DNA from: Cirrosporium novae-zelandiae
Lineage: Eukaryota
Reading direction: 5' to 3'
NCBI GenBank assembly: GCA_026023565.1
Contig: JAPETS010000011.1
Coordinates: 682,001-746,000, forward strand
DNA length: 64,000 bases
Shown here: positions 35,518-49,016 of the stretch, piece after piece
Layout: the number at the start of each line of letters is the position of its first letter
Position numbering within the stretch: position 1 is the first letter of the stretch
Program-made: the position numbers and the translations under genes
Notes under the pieces: generated by a model
What the model was told of the DNA's origin: nothing
The model's database searches: none
Seen by the model: the letters and a program-made list of their open reading frames with translations, nothing else

Positions 35518-37733
35518 TTACCCATTCATTTCTTCATCACCTCGGCCAAACACCTCATTCCACCATCGAACTTCATTAATAGATGGTATGATCAACCGCT
35601 CACGCCCACGCTTGTTATCATCAACCACAGGTTCATAATTCTCATTCGTAAATTGTCGTCTTCGACTAAGAAAGTAGTCCCAAACACTTCTGGTCTTTTC
35701 TCGAGCGTGAGCTTCAGCTCTCTCCTTTTCATTATCATATAAGAATGTGCCATACTGGCATGAATAAAGATGATAGAGGAGTCGTCGAAGGAAACGCTCG
35801 TTAAATTCAAATCGTGTGGGGTATTGATATAGCAACTGATATGTCGCATCTAGGAATTGATGAAAGACTGGAGAGGTTTCCTTAACCTTGGTGACTATTT
35901 TCGCTCCAGGATTTGGGGTATCATGTTTGGGGGTTGACTTTCCAGAGATTCTCGGGGAAGGAGCTTCCCAGGCCTGCAATTCATCATCTGATTTATCAAA
36001 GGAGTCTCGGCTAATATCATCCTGCTTGAAAAAGCCTCTCGCGCTTAACAGAGCATTCTCAAAGGCGTTACCGCCTCTTCTTCGTGGATCAGAACCAGAG
36101 CTATCGCCTCCAATCCGTTCGTTCTCTATGTAAAACCATTTTTCGCTGTTGAGAAATCCAGATCGATGACGAAACATGTGGCCGAAGGACAGCCAATCTT
36201 TTTCAACTAGTACGATAAAGCCCTCAATTGTTCGATAATAAGGGTCAAGACAAAGTTGACTGAGGGCACTCAACTGACTGGTTCTGTCCCAACCGTCTGA
36301 ACAATGAATGAGAACATGTGAATGCTCTATCCCAACCCGTCGAACTATGATTTCTGCGCCTTCTAGAATTCTAGATATGTGCTTGAGCCAATTGCTCCTG
36401 GCAAGCAATTCCATATTAGGTCGTAGTGGTGTTACATCAGAGTCTTTGAGGCCATCAATCACTTTATTGAGAGAGTCCCGCATGACGTGTATGTTGTCAA
36501 TTCCAAGGTACAGCTTGCTTGCGAAATTATAATTCTCCATATTTTCGCTACCGCGCCCTGCTGCTTGCATAGCTATCGCGTTGACGGTTGGCCGCGCGTC
36601 AACAATAAGATTCTCTTGTTGGGCACCATACACATGGGGGCCCTCGGTAGTATTTGTCGGAACTTCCTCACCATCTACTACCGAGTTCGTCTCGCTGGTA
36701 GATTTGATATTCCGTCTAGGCACAGAATTAAGGAATTCGCTCCATCTATTCCCATTAGGCTCCTCCCCATCTGCAATCACTATTGAAGAGTCGTCGGAAT
36801 GGTTAGCTTCATTTTGTGGTTGAGATTCGTTTAATGAAGGAGGACTACTAGAGGTCTTTGTAATTAGATGCGAAATTTGGGGTGTGCTGAATATCGAAGC
36901 TACCAGCTTTTCATCTTGGATACTCCGATTTCCTGCAATTCCTACAAGAGGCTGAGAGCTTCTTGTTATAGAACAATTGTTAACTGGATGTAAGTAAGTC
37001 AAAACGGGTATCCTAGCGCGCGAGCGATATCTCCCAGCATGATTGATAGTAGTATCAGAAATAGTCGAAGGAACGGCAAGCAGGGAAGGGTATGTTGGAG
37101 AAAACTACCATTGTCAGCGAGAAATAACCGGTGTTCTCGAAAACTTTCCGTACGCTGTAGTCTGTATTTATTTTTGATATCCGCCATCCGTAGTCTGTAC
37201 CCTTTTCTAATATGCCCATTCTTTCAAACTCTTTCTGTGGGTCATAAATATCCCATCCGTTCTGTTCATTTTCAGGCTTTTGGGGCTGGTATGTGAAAGC
37301 GTAAAGCTTTTCTATCCTTCCTAACTTGCAGGTCCATGCTTTAATGCTCTCAAACACATCTCTAGCCTTAGAGTCATCTGACAGAAAGAAGCAATAAAAG
37401 GTAAAATCACGGCATCGTAACCGGATGGAAGAAGGTTGTCGAGAGACGGATGGAGTAAGCTTCAGGGTACAAAATGAGATCATTGGGTATGTAATCCATC
37501 TTTCTTGTAGTTTGGCTACGGCACTATCTTGCGAATTAATGGGGGAGCCTTCGGCGCTGGATTTGGGAATGTAGCTGAATATAAGGTGGTGGGGGGTTAG
37601 ATGTAGAGTTCCAACTTGTTCAAGTCCGCGACGGGCTAGAGTAACATTGTCAACCTACTTCAACATCAGCAAAGAGTAGTTTAGCAATATTCAAGAGCTC
37701 TACACTTACTCTAGCTATCTTTGTTCGGTCCAT
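35518..37733 (-). CDS. YMR1: Myotubularin-family PI3P phosphatase (3' end may extend via another exon)
   Basis: MDRTKIARV start; GRAM-like region; SITRSSQPLVG, IVDARP, catalytic HCSDGWDRTSQL, EKDWLSFGHMF, SPVFHQFLD, FEFNERFL. Confidence 0.93.
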
Positions 37734-39398
37734 GAGGTTATTTTCCTTGAATCTGCATGCGTTTTCCGGGGGGGGGGCTCGAGATCTAGATCCGCAAGGG
37801 CTAATCACACAGTCCACTTGAAGCCACGAGTGAGAAATGAGGCAAGCCACAAGGAAACCGCTTCTTCGGTAGGCTTTCAACAACTGTCTCGCCCGTGGTC
37901 ATCCAAGACAGCTGAATAAAAATGGAGGAAATTTGGGAGATTGTCTTTCTATGTTTGACATCACAGAAGACGCAAAGGCTGTTCGTCCGATGGAGCCTTA
38001 CCAAGATAGGAAATGGTCCGAGCACTCACTTCTCATTCTCTGGGGTAGTACAATGACATGGAGAGGGGGATGTTGAAAACTCAACGACTGACTATCTAGG
38101 TAATTATGTATAACGTGTTGATTAATATTACTTCGACCAACATCTTTGACAAACATTGATATCACATTGCTATGATATAGTTGGCTTTCCCAACTACTAT
38201 TATTGTGCGCTATACCTGCCCTCGTGATCGTTGAAAATACTTTTATATCCTTCATCTGCCTGGATTTTAAGGTTGAATTGCTCGTCTAGGATAGCCATAA
38301 ATTGTTTGGAGAATGAAGTTGTTATCAGATATTGACATTGAGAATCTATCTGACTATATGACTACATTGTGGACTGATCAATACCCTTGTTGTCCTGCTT
38401 ATCGAAAATTAACAGATTGGTCAGTTCGCTTGGGTCTGCATAAATAAATATGGGAAAGAAAAAGACGATCAGACAATCAGACAATTAAACAATCAGGTCT
38501 GTGTGGAACATGGTGGGGACGACACATAGATAGATATATGTATTGATACCTTATCAAAAACTAATCCAAGTTCCAGTCAAAAAAGAGTTTTAACAGGAAA
38601 TCTCTATATATTGAAATATGAGACATTGTGATAATTAATTTAAGGACCCCCAGGTAATTACTTCGTACTCAAAGAACCATACTTTATTGTTTGGCCGTAG
38701 AATGGATCTATACAAGGATATAAAAAAGGTTTGATTGGTTTAAAAAGGAAGAAAATCCAGACAGGCCTACGGGGGATGGGATGCCCAGACACTTGAAGAG
38801 CCGATGGAGCTATGACCATCATCTATGATCCATAGCCCATTATCACCTGTAGAGCCCCCGTGCCCACAAAAGAAGAGTGGAAAGTGGAAGAAAATATCGA
38901 GAAATCAGAGAATCAGAGAATCAGAAAGGGATCGACCATCGGATCCTTCCTCTTTTCCTCCAGTACTTCCTTGACAACACGAACGCTCCACGTCTCCACG
39001 TACTCCATGATATTCTAGCTTGTCCCATTTCACCCCCCCCCAACCCCCCTTTACTTTCCCACAACCACTTATGTACATAAAAATCTATTTAATATATCCT
39101 CTAGTAACATATGAAATCTCTGTCTCTGAATTCTGCTCCCAATTGACATTGGTCAATAAACCTGTATTGGGCTCTAAGGTGGAGAAGGCTCCAATTCTCC
39201 TCCAACTTCAAAGCGGGGAGCAACAAAGTGTGGTGGTCATCATTGAGAGCCTTAGCCGGAACTGATAGGACCCCCCCCCCAACATCTGGTGACAGCACAA
39301 CAAAAAACTATCTTTTTCAAAGACTTCAAGAGTCCCATTAGTACCCTTTACAGTCCTTTCGCTATTTCCATTCATTTGGTCCATTTCCTTATACTGTC

Positions 39399-41601
39399 AT
39401 GGCGGAAAATAATAGCAACGTCTATGCTACGGTCGGCCTGTTCCCCCTCCTGTTCCTAACGAATACTGACTTAATCTAGTTGCTCATGAGCGATGATTAT
39501 CTTCCAGGTATGATCTTGACGCCTTTTCCTATATGTTCAGGACTACTGGCTAACAATAATGGACAGGTGCACTCGTTTTGGCGCGCTCCTTACGAGACAA
39601 TGGAACGAATAAAAAGTTGATTGTTCTGGTCACTCTTCAGACCGTATCGCCCGATGTTGTCGAAGTGCTGAAGGTTTGCACACAAAGTAGCCAGTCCGCA
39701 GGTGCGGGAAACGTCTGACATGATACAATAGACCGTTTACGATGAGATCGTCCCCGTCGATCAGGTGGTCAATAAACTACCCGCCAATCTCTATCTGATG
39801 AATCGGCCTGACTTAATATACACCTTTTCGAAAATTGCACTCTGGAAACTCACACAATATAGCCGGATTGTTTATATTGATACAGACGTAGTGACTCTTC
39901 GTGCACCTGATGAGCTCTTTGACGTTGATGCACCATTTGCTGCTGTTCCAGACATTGGTTGGCCAGATTGTTTCAACAGTGGCGTAATGGTCCTTTCTCC
40001 AAATGAGGGTGACTATCATGCTCTTCTTGCTCTCGCCGATCGAGGGATCAGTTTCGATGGCGCTGATCAAGGATTGCTCAACATGCATTTTCCAAACTGG
40101 AAGAGACTCAGCTTCGTTTACAACTGTACTCCGAGTGCTAGCTACCAATATGTCCCTGCATACAAACACTTCAAGAGTAGCATCAATATGGTTCATTTCA
40201 TTGGGACGGACAAACCTTGGAGGCTTGGCAGACACGTTCAGGGAAATAGTGAGGTTTATGACGAACTTCTTGGAAGATGGTGGGCTGTCTATGATAAACA
40301 TTACAAAACCTCCGTGAGCATATTGCATTTGTTACTTACCTTCTTGAGACTAATCAATGGAACAGTCTGGCTTCCAACTATCTAAGCTCCAATCCGCTCC
40401 GCCCTATAAGACATTTTCCGCTCCTATGGCGGAGTGGGATGCTACGAAGTAAGTCAATCTAAGCCATTAATAGACCAGCGAATCCTGATGATATTAGCCA
40501 ACCTCCTCCTGCCTACTCTCGACCGGAAGCAAGCAACTTTCCTCAGACGCAGTATAAAATGTCTTCGGCGCCAGCCCTCTTCCAAGCACAGGCAAAATAT
40601 GCTGAATCGCCCAAACAAGTCCCTCACATCTTTCCTTGGGAAGACAGAATCCCCAAACCTACCCGAGTATTTGCAACGGCGCCTGCGCCCCCTGAACCCG
40701 AGCCGGAATCTGAGGCAGCATCAGAAGTTGGAGAAGAGACTATTTCTACCTCTTCTGTGACAACTGAAACTTCTCAATTAGAACCACCGAGCCCTGTAAC
40801 TCCAACTACCCAGGCACCCTCTGATCCATGGATGGCTTATACTCGCATAAATGCTTGGGACGAAGTACCCGAAATTGAGCGTTACGTTCGAAACGTACAG
40901 CAGGCCCGTAGAGGAAAAGTCCAAGTCCTCCACCAACAGGAAAGAGAACGTCGTCGTAGCTTGAAATTGACAGACTTTCCAACGGAGGTTGAACGACCAA
41001 GCCTTCCAGTGACTCCTGCTCCTGTACAAAGACCGCATTATTGGGGGGAGGAGAAAGAGGGTGAAGAACTACCGTCTGCAGAAGGGGTACCGAACCAGCC
41101 AGACTGGGTGAGAACTTTCATTCATGCATATCATCGCCGTTGAATCTTCCTCATTTATTTTGCCCTTCTCCAGATCCCTTTCGAATCGCTTCGTGTATTA
41201 GAGACTAGTACTAACGCAAGTTAATGTCGTAGGATCCGGCAGCCAAGCTCGCAGAGTTACAACGCCGCCAATCTGGGGTCATGACCAGCGAGGCCAAGGA
41301 GGAGAAAGATTCAGAGGGGAAGCCTACCCGAGTCGAGACTCCCAAACCACGACAGCTCCCTGAACGGATGATGCCTGAATCTACCACCAGAGCGGATGCA
41401 GAGGAGAAAGACGATAAGAATGTTGCTGCAGCGACGGAAAAGACTGCAGGGAAAGTGGAATTGGGGGGAGGAGAGCAGGAAGGTAGCACAAAAAAGGGGG
41501 TCAAGGGAGAGAGCAAAAAACTTTTCATTGAGACTCATTTGCAGGAGCATATTCCTCTACCGGATGAGACAATGATGGCTATCGAAATGTTGGACGAATA
41601 A
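39399..41601 (+). CDS. GLG1: Glycogenin (GT8 self-glucosylating initiator), multi-exon
   Basis: VYAT|LLMSDDYLP|GALVLARSL, TFSKIALW, YIDTD, PDIGWPDCFNSG, SFDGADQGLLN, HFIGTDKPW. Fungal tail IFPWE...NAWDEVPEIERYV...TDFPTEVERPSLPVTPAP. Confidence 0.92.
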
Positions 41602-42229
41602 ATCTCCGCTCAGTCGCCTCACGACGAGACCAAAACTATCACTGGAAATTTTTCTTTGTTATTTCTCTCAATCAGTCTCGCATAACGAGTCATAGATCCA
41701 CAAAGCTATGCATCGTTTTTCAATGTAATGACAGACCTCCTAAACACAAGTTGCTCTGTTACTCTTCAAATTTATTCTCTCCTTTCACGTTTTTTCCTCG
41801 TCAATCGAGAAATTTATTGCGACGGCATTAAAGGAGCGAAGCAAGCAAGCATGTATTTCCCCTATTCGAATCAGTGCGCGTGTGTGCGGGTGGAAACTCC
41901 TTCTATTTCACATTCGAATCCTTTTTGTGGGTGATGTTTCTCCTTCTAGCATTTATTTAACTAAGCGAGCGAGTGAAGCGTTCAAGCTTATCTATAACAT
42001 TGGCAGCAGCACAATTCACTTTTCGTGCTTGCTTGCCGCTTGTTAGATACCCCACCAGGTTTTTTTTTTTTTAGTTTCTAAGATATGAAAAAAAAATTGA
42101 AATTTGTTGGATTTTTTAGATTTAGAAGGGGGGGTTGCTTATTGTGTATCTGGTTTAACGTAACGTAACGTAAATTCTTGTGTGTAGAAGAAATGTTGGG
42201 GGGGTGTTTGGTTTGGTTTTTGGAATGGT

Positions 42230-42260
<31 letters not shown>

Positions 42261-42555
42261 ATAGACTATATCATATTTATTGTGATATCCATCAGTTATA
42301 TACCTAGGTACGTTATACCATAACCATAACCATCCATGTTCATCATCGTGTTCATCATGACCATCAACCACCACGGGAAAGGACAGGTCCAATCCCAATC
42401 TCCCCTGCACTCCACACTTCACAAATCCCATAAAAAAGCCAAAAAAGCCCACCCAACACCACCCACACCACCATCCATCCAAGAAAGAAAAATCCAATCC
42501 AACCTTTTCTCTCTCCCTCTTTCTCTCCCCCCCTCCCTCTCTCTCTTTCACTTTT

Positions 42556-43861
42556 TCATTTTTCTTTCTTGGAATAGTCGTAGCGGGAGTTTTCTAATTC
42601 TTCTTCTTCTTCTTCTTTCGGTGGTGAGTAGGAGTTGGAGAAGGAGTAAGAGGAGGAGGATGAGGCTATGGATAGACCTTGGAGGATTTCGGAGGAGGAA
42701 ACGTAGATTATGTATGAGGGGAAGAGGAGCCAGAGACCGCTGTTTTTGGAGGATGTTAGTTTTTCTTCTTCTTTATTCTTTATTTCTTTATTTATTTTGT
42801 TGTGGGAATAATTAGGGGGAAGGGGGTAGTAAATTAGGGAAACGTACTTGGGTATTATCCAGTAGAGTATTAGGGAGTTGGTATCGTTGTGTCGAACATT
42901 TTCGAAGGAGGAGAAGTATTCGTTTAGCCCTGGGGATTTAATAGTGATTGATTGGTTAGTAGGTAGGTCAGGTAGGTTAGGTAGGTTAGGTAGGTGTATT
43001 GCAAAAGTTGGTTTCTGAGGAGAAATAGAAAGGGATAGGAGGGGAAGTGTGTGTGTGTAGAAGCTTGTTTGATGATGCAGACTCAATAGCCTGGTCGGAG
43101 GTTGTCCAAAACTTTCCCACAGATTCCGACGAGAACGCCGGCAGAAGAAAACTATATATGAGGCTAGGGTCGTGGGGATATAATAGTGATATACTATGTG
43201 TGTGTGTGTATACGTAACGGCGTGGACAGACATAAAGAGAAGAATAACACTTACAATATAGCGCCGTCTTACTAAATGTCATCACACTGGCGGCAAATAG
43301 CACCAATACCGCCCTCGCCGCCCTCCCACTCTCAACTATTCTCGGCCTTTCCCGCCCTGCCCGTCTTGATGGTGTCACCTCCCGCCCATTCCCACCCCTC
43401 CAAACAATCCACAGGTAATATATATACATAACACACTCCACAACATTCACACTACCCTGCGCGGATGTGAATCCATTCTTAGCCTCCCATGCCGGCCAGC
43501 CGTACATGTAATCCGTTTTCGCATAGGTCGCGTAGGGCACGTAGAGGGGATTGTGGAAGCGGCCCCCAGGCATCGTGTCGGGGCGCAAGAGGACGTAACC
43601 GCAGTCCCAGATTACAAGGGGGACGGAGATGAGGAGCCAGGCGAGGGTTATGCTTGAGGGGGTGTGGGACCAGGCTTTCGGTGCTCGTGTGGTTGTGGTT
43701 CTGTTTTGGGAGCGTCTGGTAGATGGGTAGGGTGGTGTTATGGGAGGGGAGGACTTTGCGAACGAGGTTCTGGTTGGGGTCGAGGTTCGGGAGCGGGAGG
43801 ACCTACTGGGGGTGGGGGCCGGGTCCGGGAAGTTATCGGGGTGGCTGCGAGTGGAAACCAT
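42556..43861 (-). CDS. EXPERA (EBP/TM6SF-like) membrane protein
   Basis: MVSTRSHP...WLLISVPLVIWDCGYVLLRP...PYATYAKTDYMYG...GFTSAQG..NVVE...MTFSKTALY|WLNEYFS...WIIPN|GLWLLFP. Two introns inferred (~43255-42930 and ~42847-42740). Confidence 0.82.
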
Positions 43862-44559
43862 GGTTGTTGTTTTGTTGTTTTTTTGGTGATGCGGTTTTAG
43901 AATGTTTTTGGTGTGCGAAAGTAACCGCACAAGTGTGTTCTGGATCGATTTGGATAATGCAACGTTATCGATAACAATATCCCCCCACCTTGGAATTGAT
44001 GGTTTCCTTTTTTGACTATGTTTCGGTTCCAGCTCTTCAGTGTGATGATAGATTTATAGACTTCTTCTTCTTCTTCTTCCTATCCCAAACTCCTTCAAAC
44101 AATTTCAATCTCAAGTTCGCAACTTCAATGGTAGTGACGTAGCTGGATCCGGGGATCGTGTAACCTTATATGCACGGCATTCGTATTGCAGAAAGGAGAT
44201 GGGCATACGTGAAAGCGCGCAAGCGAAGAGGAATAGGAGATTGGGATGACGGAAAAGAAGAGAGTCCGAGACTAGGAGATGGAAATGGAATGGAGAATTA
44301 GCATTTTGACGTTGTATCAGACCCTTGGGCGTGGAGTCGCTAAGGGCCAACAACAACAAACAGCTTGCCTCAGGTACTTTTTTAAGCTTCGACACTTGGA
44401 CGAATCAACATATACGCGTTGCATTAGACTGCATGTTAGTATAACATAGGTGGTACTACCAGGAAGAACCACAGACAGCGTTTAAATCCAGAAGAGAATG
44501 TGAAAAGAAAAGGAAAAATAATTAGATTGATCAGATCGGTAAATTATCTTGGCATTCTT

Positions 44560-46690
44560 GATTCCTCAGGTGTCATTACCAAGGTCATAAAGGGGACCTT
44601 ACCACAGCTTTCAAAAGACCCTAATAATATGCCATGCCAAACACCCTTTACAGTCTGCAGCTTTTTGCTTGAACGGTGCTGCAAATTCCTGATAGCTTGT
44701 TCCGTCCTTTAGTGATTGTCCTTGATCAACTTCGTGTAATTTATCCTCCTTTATCCTGACAAGCTGGTTAAGAACCTCTCCATGCTCAGCATTCTTTAAC
44801 CAGACCTGGTGCCAATCGAGGTCGCTATGAGAACCTGGGGCAGCTCCAATGATTTCCTTCACCCAGTCCGCAGGATTTGCTTCATGCGGACAAGGAAAAC
44901 CACCGTTCCTTTCAAAATAACTTGTAAGAATAGAATAATTCTGCCCTATATCACCAAAGTAAACTGTTTTACCACCTTCGGCCAATACAAGAAGACGGTC
45001 AAACTTCTGAAAAAGTATAGCAGATAGCTGATGAACAACACACAAAATAGCTTGATTATTCTAAGCAAGCTTCTCCAAGATATCATAGATAGCCCACGAG
45101 GTCTTGCTATCAAGTCCAGAGGTTGGTTCGCCGAAAAAAAAAGTAGTCCAGGCTTGGCAGCTAGTTCTACACCTATAGTTAAGCGTTTGCGTTGCTCAAG
45201 ATCCAGTCCTATAAAAAGTATTCAATTAGTATGTTATAGTTATTTAGACAGGGAATTTACTAAACCTTCTCCAGACATGCCAATGACTGTATTAGCAAAC
45301 TCTTCCATTTCCAGAAGTTTGATGATTTCCTCAATATAGTCTAGGTTTTCCTGATGAGATACATTTGTGGGCTGATGCAACAGCGCTGAACTTTAGAGCC
45401 TCACGAACTGTGGAAGTTGACAGATGAAGATCCTGTTGCTGAATATATCCAATTTTGTGTTGAAATAAAGAATCACGCTGGCAACCGTTAACAGTATCTC
45501 TCCACTAATGACTCCCGTCGTAGTTCTAGCAGCAAGGACATCCAGTAGTATAGCCTTTCCGGCACCTGAAACACCCTAAGGAGTATTGTTCAGTATATAT
45601 TCAAACGGACAAATATTTATGCCCTACTATAAGCGCTATCAACGTTCCTGGTCTAATCCAGCCGTCAATGTGGTCTAAAATTCTCCGTACAGGATTCCTT
45701 CCTTTAACCTTTATATCATAAGAAACATCCTGCTACTGGAAAATTGATGTGCGCTTCGTAATGACTGCGATGTTGTGGCGTTTTTCGGATACTAGGCTTC
45801 GTCTCCAGCGGCTTCAATATCGTTAGGGGAGCTCTTTATTAGAGAGAATAATGCATTGCCACGTTGAAAAATGAGGACTTCGCCCCTTGGTCTTTTCGCG
45901 GAGATATACTCAGTTGTTAAAAGATGGATACACATAAAGATGAGCATGAAACCAAATATTATGCCCAAATTCCTGGATCACGTCAGTTTATTTCGACAGT
46001 TTCGAAGTTGATGACTGACCTCCACTTATGAGAATGATGGTAATTGAAGCTCTGGCTGATATAGGTACTTCCTTCAACATACGTCGCCCCAAGTGTTGAA
46101 CCCACAGTAGAACAGATCCTATTTTTTGACTCACTGAATCGTACCCTGATCCAGTAGGTACATAAGATAAACAAGCGTATCGTCCACCATAGAACTCGTT
46201 AATTAATAGACTCTCAAAGCTATATGCAAGGGGATCCAAGTAGTTAATCCATCGAGCCCAGCCCAGCATATCCCCTGGAGGAATAGCAAAGCCAGCATAC
46301 ACTACAAGACCTAGAACAAGGACGCCAGTGGGTACCGTGGCATCAGATAAAGCTCTAGATATAGAAATAATGGCTCGGAGGATCATTGACATTGCCAAAG
46401 TAAGGAAGAACAGGATGAGCGTAAAGAATAAAAGAGCGCCTGGATTTTGTCGAAGGTTGGTAACGAAATAAAGCGTAAGGTTAAATATAAGTACATTGAG
46501 AATCTTGCAAGGCATATCCGTGAGAATAGATGCTAGAGCCTCTGCAGGTGGATGATATAATGCATATCTTGAATGCTTCTCCACGATTGAGCGTTGGGCG
46601 TACAACGTTAGAAGCTGCAATAGCATTAAACAGAGCTTCCTTTTTTCCATGTTAAGTGATGTAGACTTTATGTTCAAACCCCTCGAGTAT
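44560..46690 (-). pseudogene. Truncated, disrupted PDR/ABCG transporter (end of TMD1, PDR_CDR region, NBD2)
   Basis: [105 protein letters not shown]. Frameshifts and stops (e.g. RVF*KLW*); NBD1 and TMD2 are absent. Confidence 0.88.
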
Positions 46691-47927
46691 AAAATCGTTA
46701 ACTAGACATGCCTTCGAAGCTGACGGCTGGATACATAGGCATGATAGAGTACATCAAGTTGTTCATCCATATTTGATAATAGACCAGAATTTCTTGTCAT
46801 CGCCACGGTTATCAAGGTCAAGTTCCACAATACGATAATAAGTAAGGACCTATCATTCATCCCACAGGAGATGTAGTTAGAATCCTTGGAAGCTCAGAAA
46901 CCCTCCATGTAGAAAGTAATATCAGTATATGCAATACGTACTGGGTACTCTACCAAGTGAAAGCTTAACTTAAATCATTGTCCTGCCGAATATCCGAGCA
47001 CACGGGTCCCAAAATATTATTTTTCCCAGGGAGCCACGTAGGAGCTTGTTATTGAAATTGAGTTTGTTTGAAGACCCCCCTAGAATTATTTTTTTGATTG
47101 TCTAGTGGTTTTCTATTCGTCGAAAACAATATTTTGTTTAGCATTGGTGTGTGATTATGCTTTGAGGGCGTTGGCATCTATCTCGCTTAGAGACAACATC
47201 GCTGCCGTGACTGTCACCTCCTGACTCCAATGCTTTTTAAACCTTGGAGCAACCAGCTATATCGGTTCCATGGATTTGAATGTAATGATCTAATGTGCTA
47301 CAATAATCACATCTCTCAATTCACCCGTGGAATTCATCCTATATATGCTATTTTATATTGTTCTATGGCTAATGGTTTTACTATCAATCTGTATAACCCA
47401 GTCCTCAGGTTTACCAGAAGTATTCATCAGTACACTTCTACATTTTTCATCTGTAGATAGTGCTAATGTAGTACTAATCAATCTAAGCTAGCAATTGAGG
47501 CCTTCTCTATGGAAAAACTGCTACCCAACGTGCGTCGTATTTTGTACTGTTATCGGCTTTCCAACGAAATGACAAATATCGAATCAGGATATGCAATAAA
47601 TGGCGACGACCACAAGTCTCATGGATAACAATCCTTCAACTGAGCATCAACTCGAGGCTCGTGCAGAAATTTGTTCCACGATCGAAAAGCTAATGCAATG
47701 GAGACTTGACTAGGGTAACAATGAACAACTAGAAGAACAATCACCGATATTCACATATTATAGTGATTGTCAGATGACTTATGCAGGCGTTCAAGTTCCC
47801 TTCCGTGGCATCTCAACTCTTGATGCCAGACTAACAGTGTCTGCGATATGAGAGCTACATAGATGTGTTCATCCATTGGGCAATGGATGCAAGAAAAAGA
47901 AATCAATGACGTTTTGTGCTGATTGAG

Positions 47928-49016
47928 ATGTCGACATTCCTTCCCCCCTCCTCCCCCAACACCGCCAAAAAGATTTCTCCAAAGAATACCTCACCAAGCA
48001 CTACAAAAATAAGATTAACCGACTAACAGCACAGCATGAACTGATCAAAAATCATATTGGTGGAAAGCTGGTGTTGGCACCTATTGATCTTTTGGGGGAT
48101 CGGGGGAGGGGTTACGGATCTTGGATTCGGCGACTGCGGATGGTGAGTTAGTGAATTGAGTGAAGTTAGTGAGTAAGGATTGGGTTTTCGCCCTTCCCTT
48201 CTCTTCCCTTTCTCTTCTCTCCTCTTCCTTTCTCCTCTCTCCTTCCCATTATTGCTAGCTAGCCTAACCAAATCTATTCTTTCATTCCCTTCCAGGCCGC
48301 TGGCTCCGCGACCTCCACGATATAACCCCCGTCCCCCACACCTACATAGGCACCAACATCTATTCCCTAATCTCCCCAATCACAACCGCCGTCTCCATCC
48401 CCTTGACCGTCCAATCCATCACGGAGCGCTAGCCCTCTGCCTTCAACTCCTCCTTCGGCCTCCCCGCCTGCCGCACCTACCCTGTGAAAAAAGCCGTCAT
48501 GGCTCTAATCGGGCTGGTGAAACCCGGTAGCTGGATCCAGCTCATGGAGGGAGATTTCTCGGGCCAGCTGGCTAAGAATACGCCCGCGCTCGAGGCTTGG
48601 TATGCACTGTTGAGGGAGTTGCAGATGCATTCGGGTGTGGGGCATGAGTTTTGGAGGGAGCTGAGGGGGTGGTTTGAGGAGGTGGGGTTGGTGAGTGTCA
48701 AGAATAAGGTGTTTGATATTCCGCTTGGGGCGAGGAATCCCAAGGTAGAGATGGGGATTAAGGGGACTAGGACCGTGATGGGGACTACCGAGTCCATCTT
48801 GGAAGGGTTGAAACGTGAGTTGCTTTAGAAGGAAAACGATGAATTATTACATGCATGCATGTATGCGTCCGTGCTGATATCCTTCTAGGCCAGGCACATC
48901 TTCCCGTCAGCCACGAGAAGGTTGCTGCATTGATAACGCAGCTTGAGCAGGAGGTGCCCAAGAGAGGTGGCTTATACCGAGTCTATACCATTTGGGGCCG
49001 TCGACCCCCTAACTAG
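47928..49016 (+). pseudogene. Disrupted fungal class I SAM methyltransferase (secondary-metabolism type)
   Basis: RLTAQHELIK..IGGKLVLAPID [frameshift] LRILDSATADG|RWLRDL...YIGTNI...VQSITER*P (TAG at the expected Trp), an internal deletion, then LVKPGSWIQLME...WFEEVGL...TIWGRRP. Confidence 0.8.
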
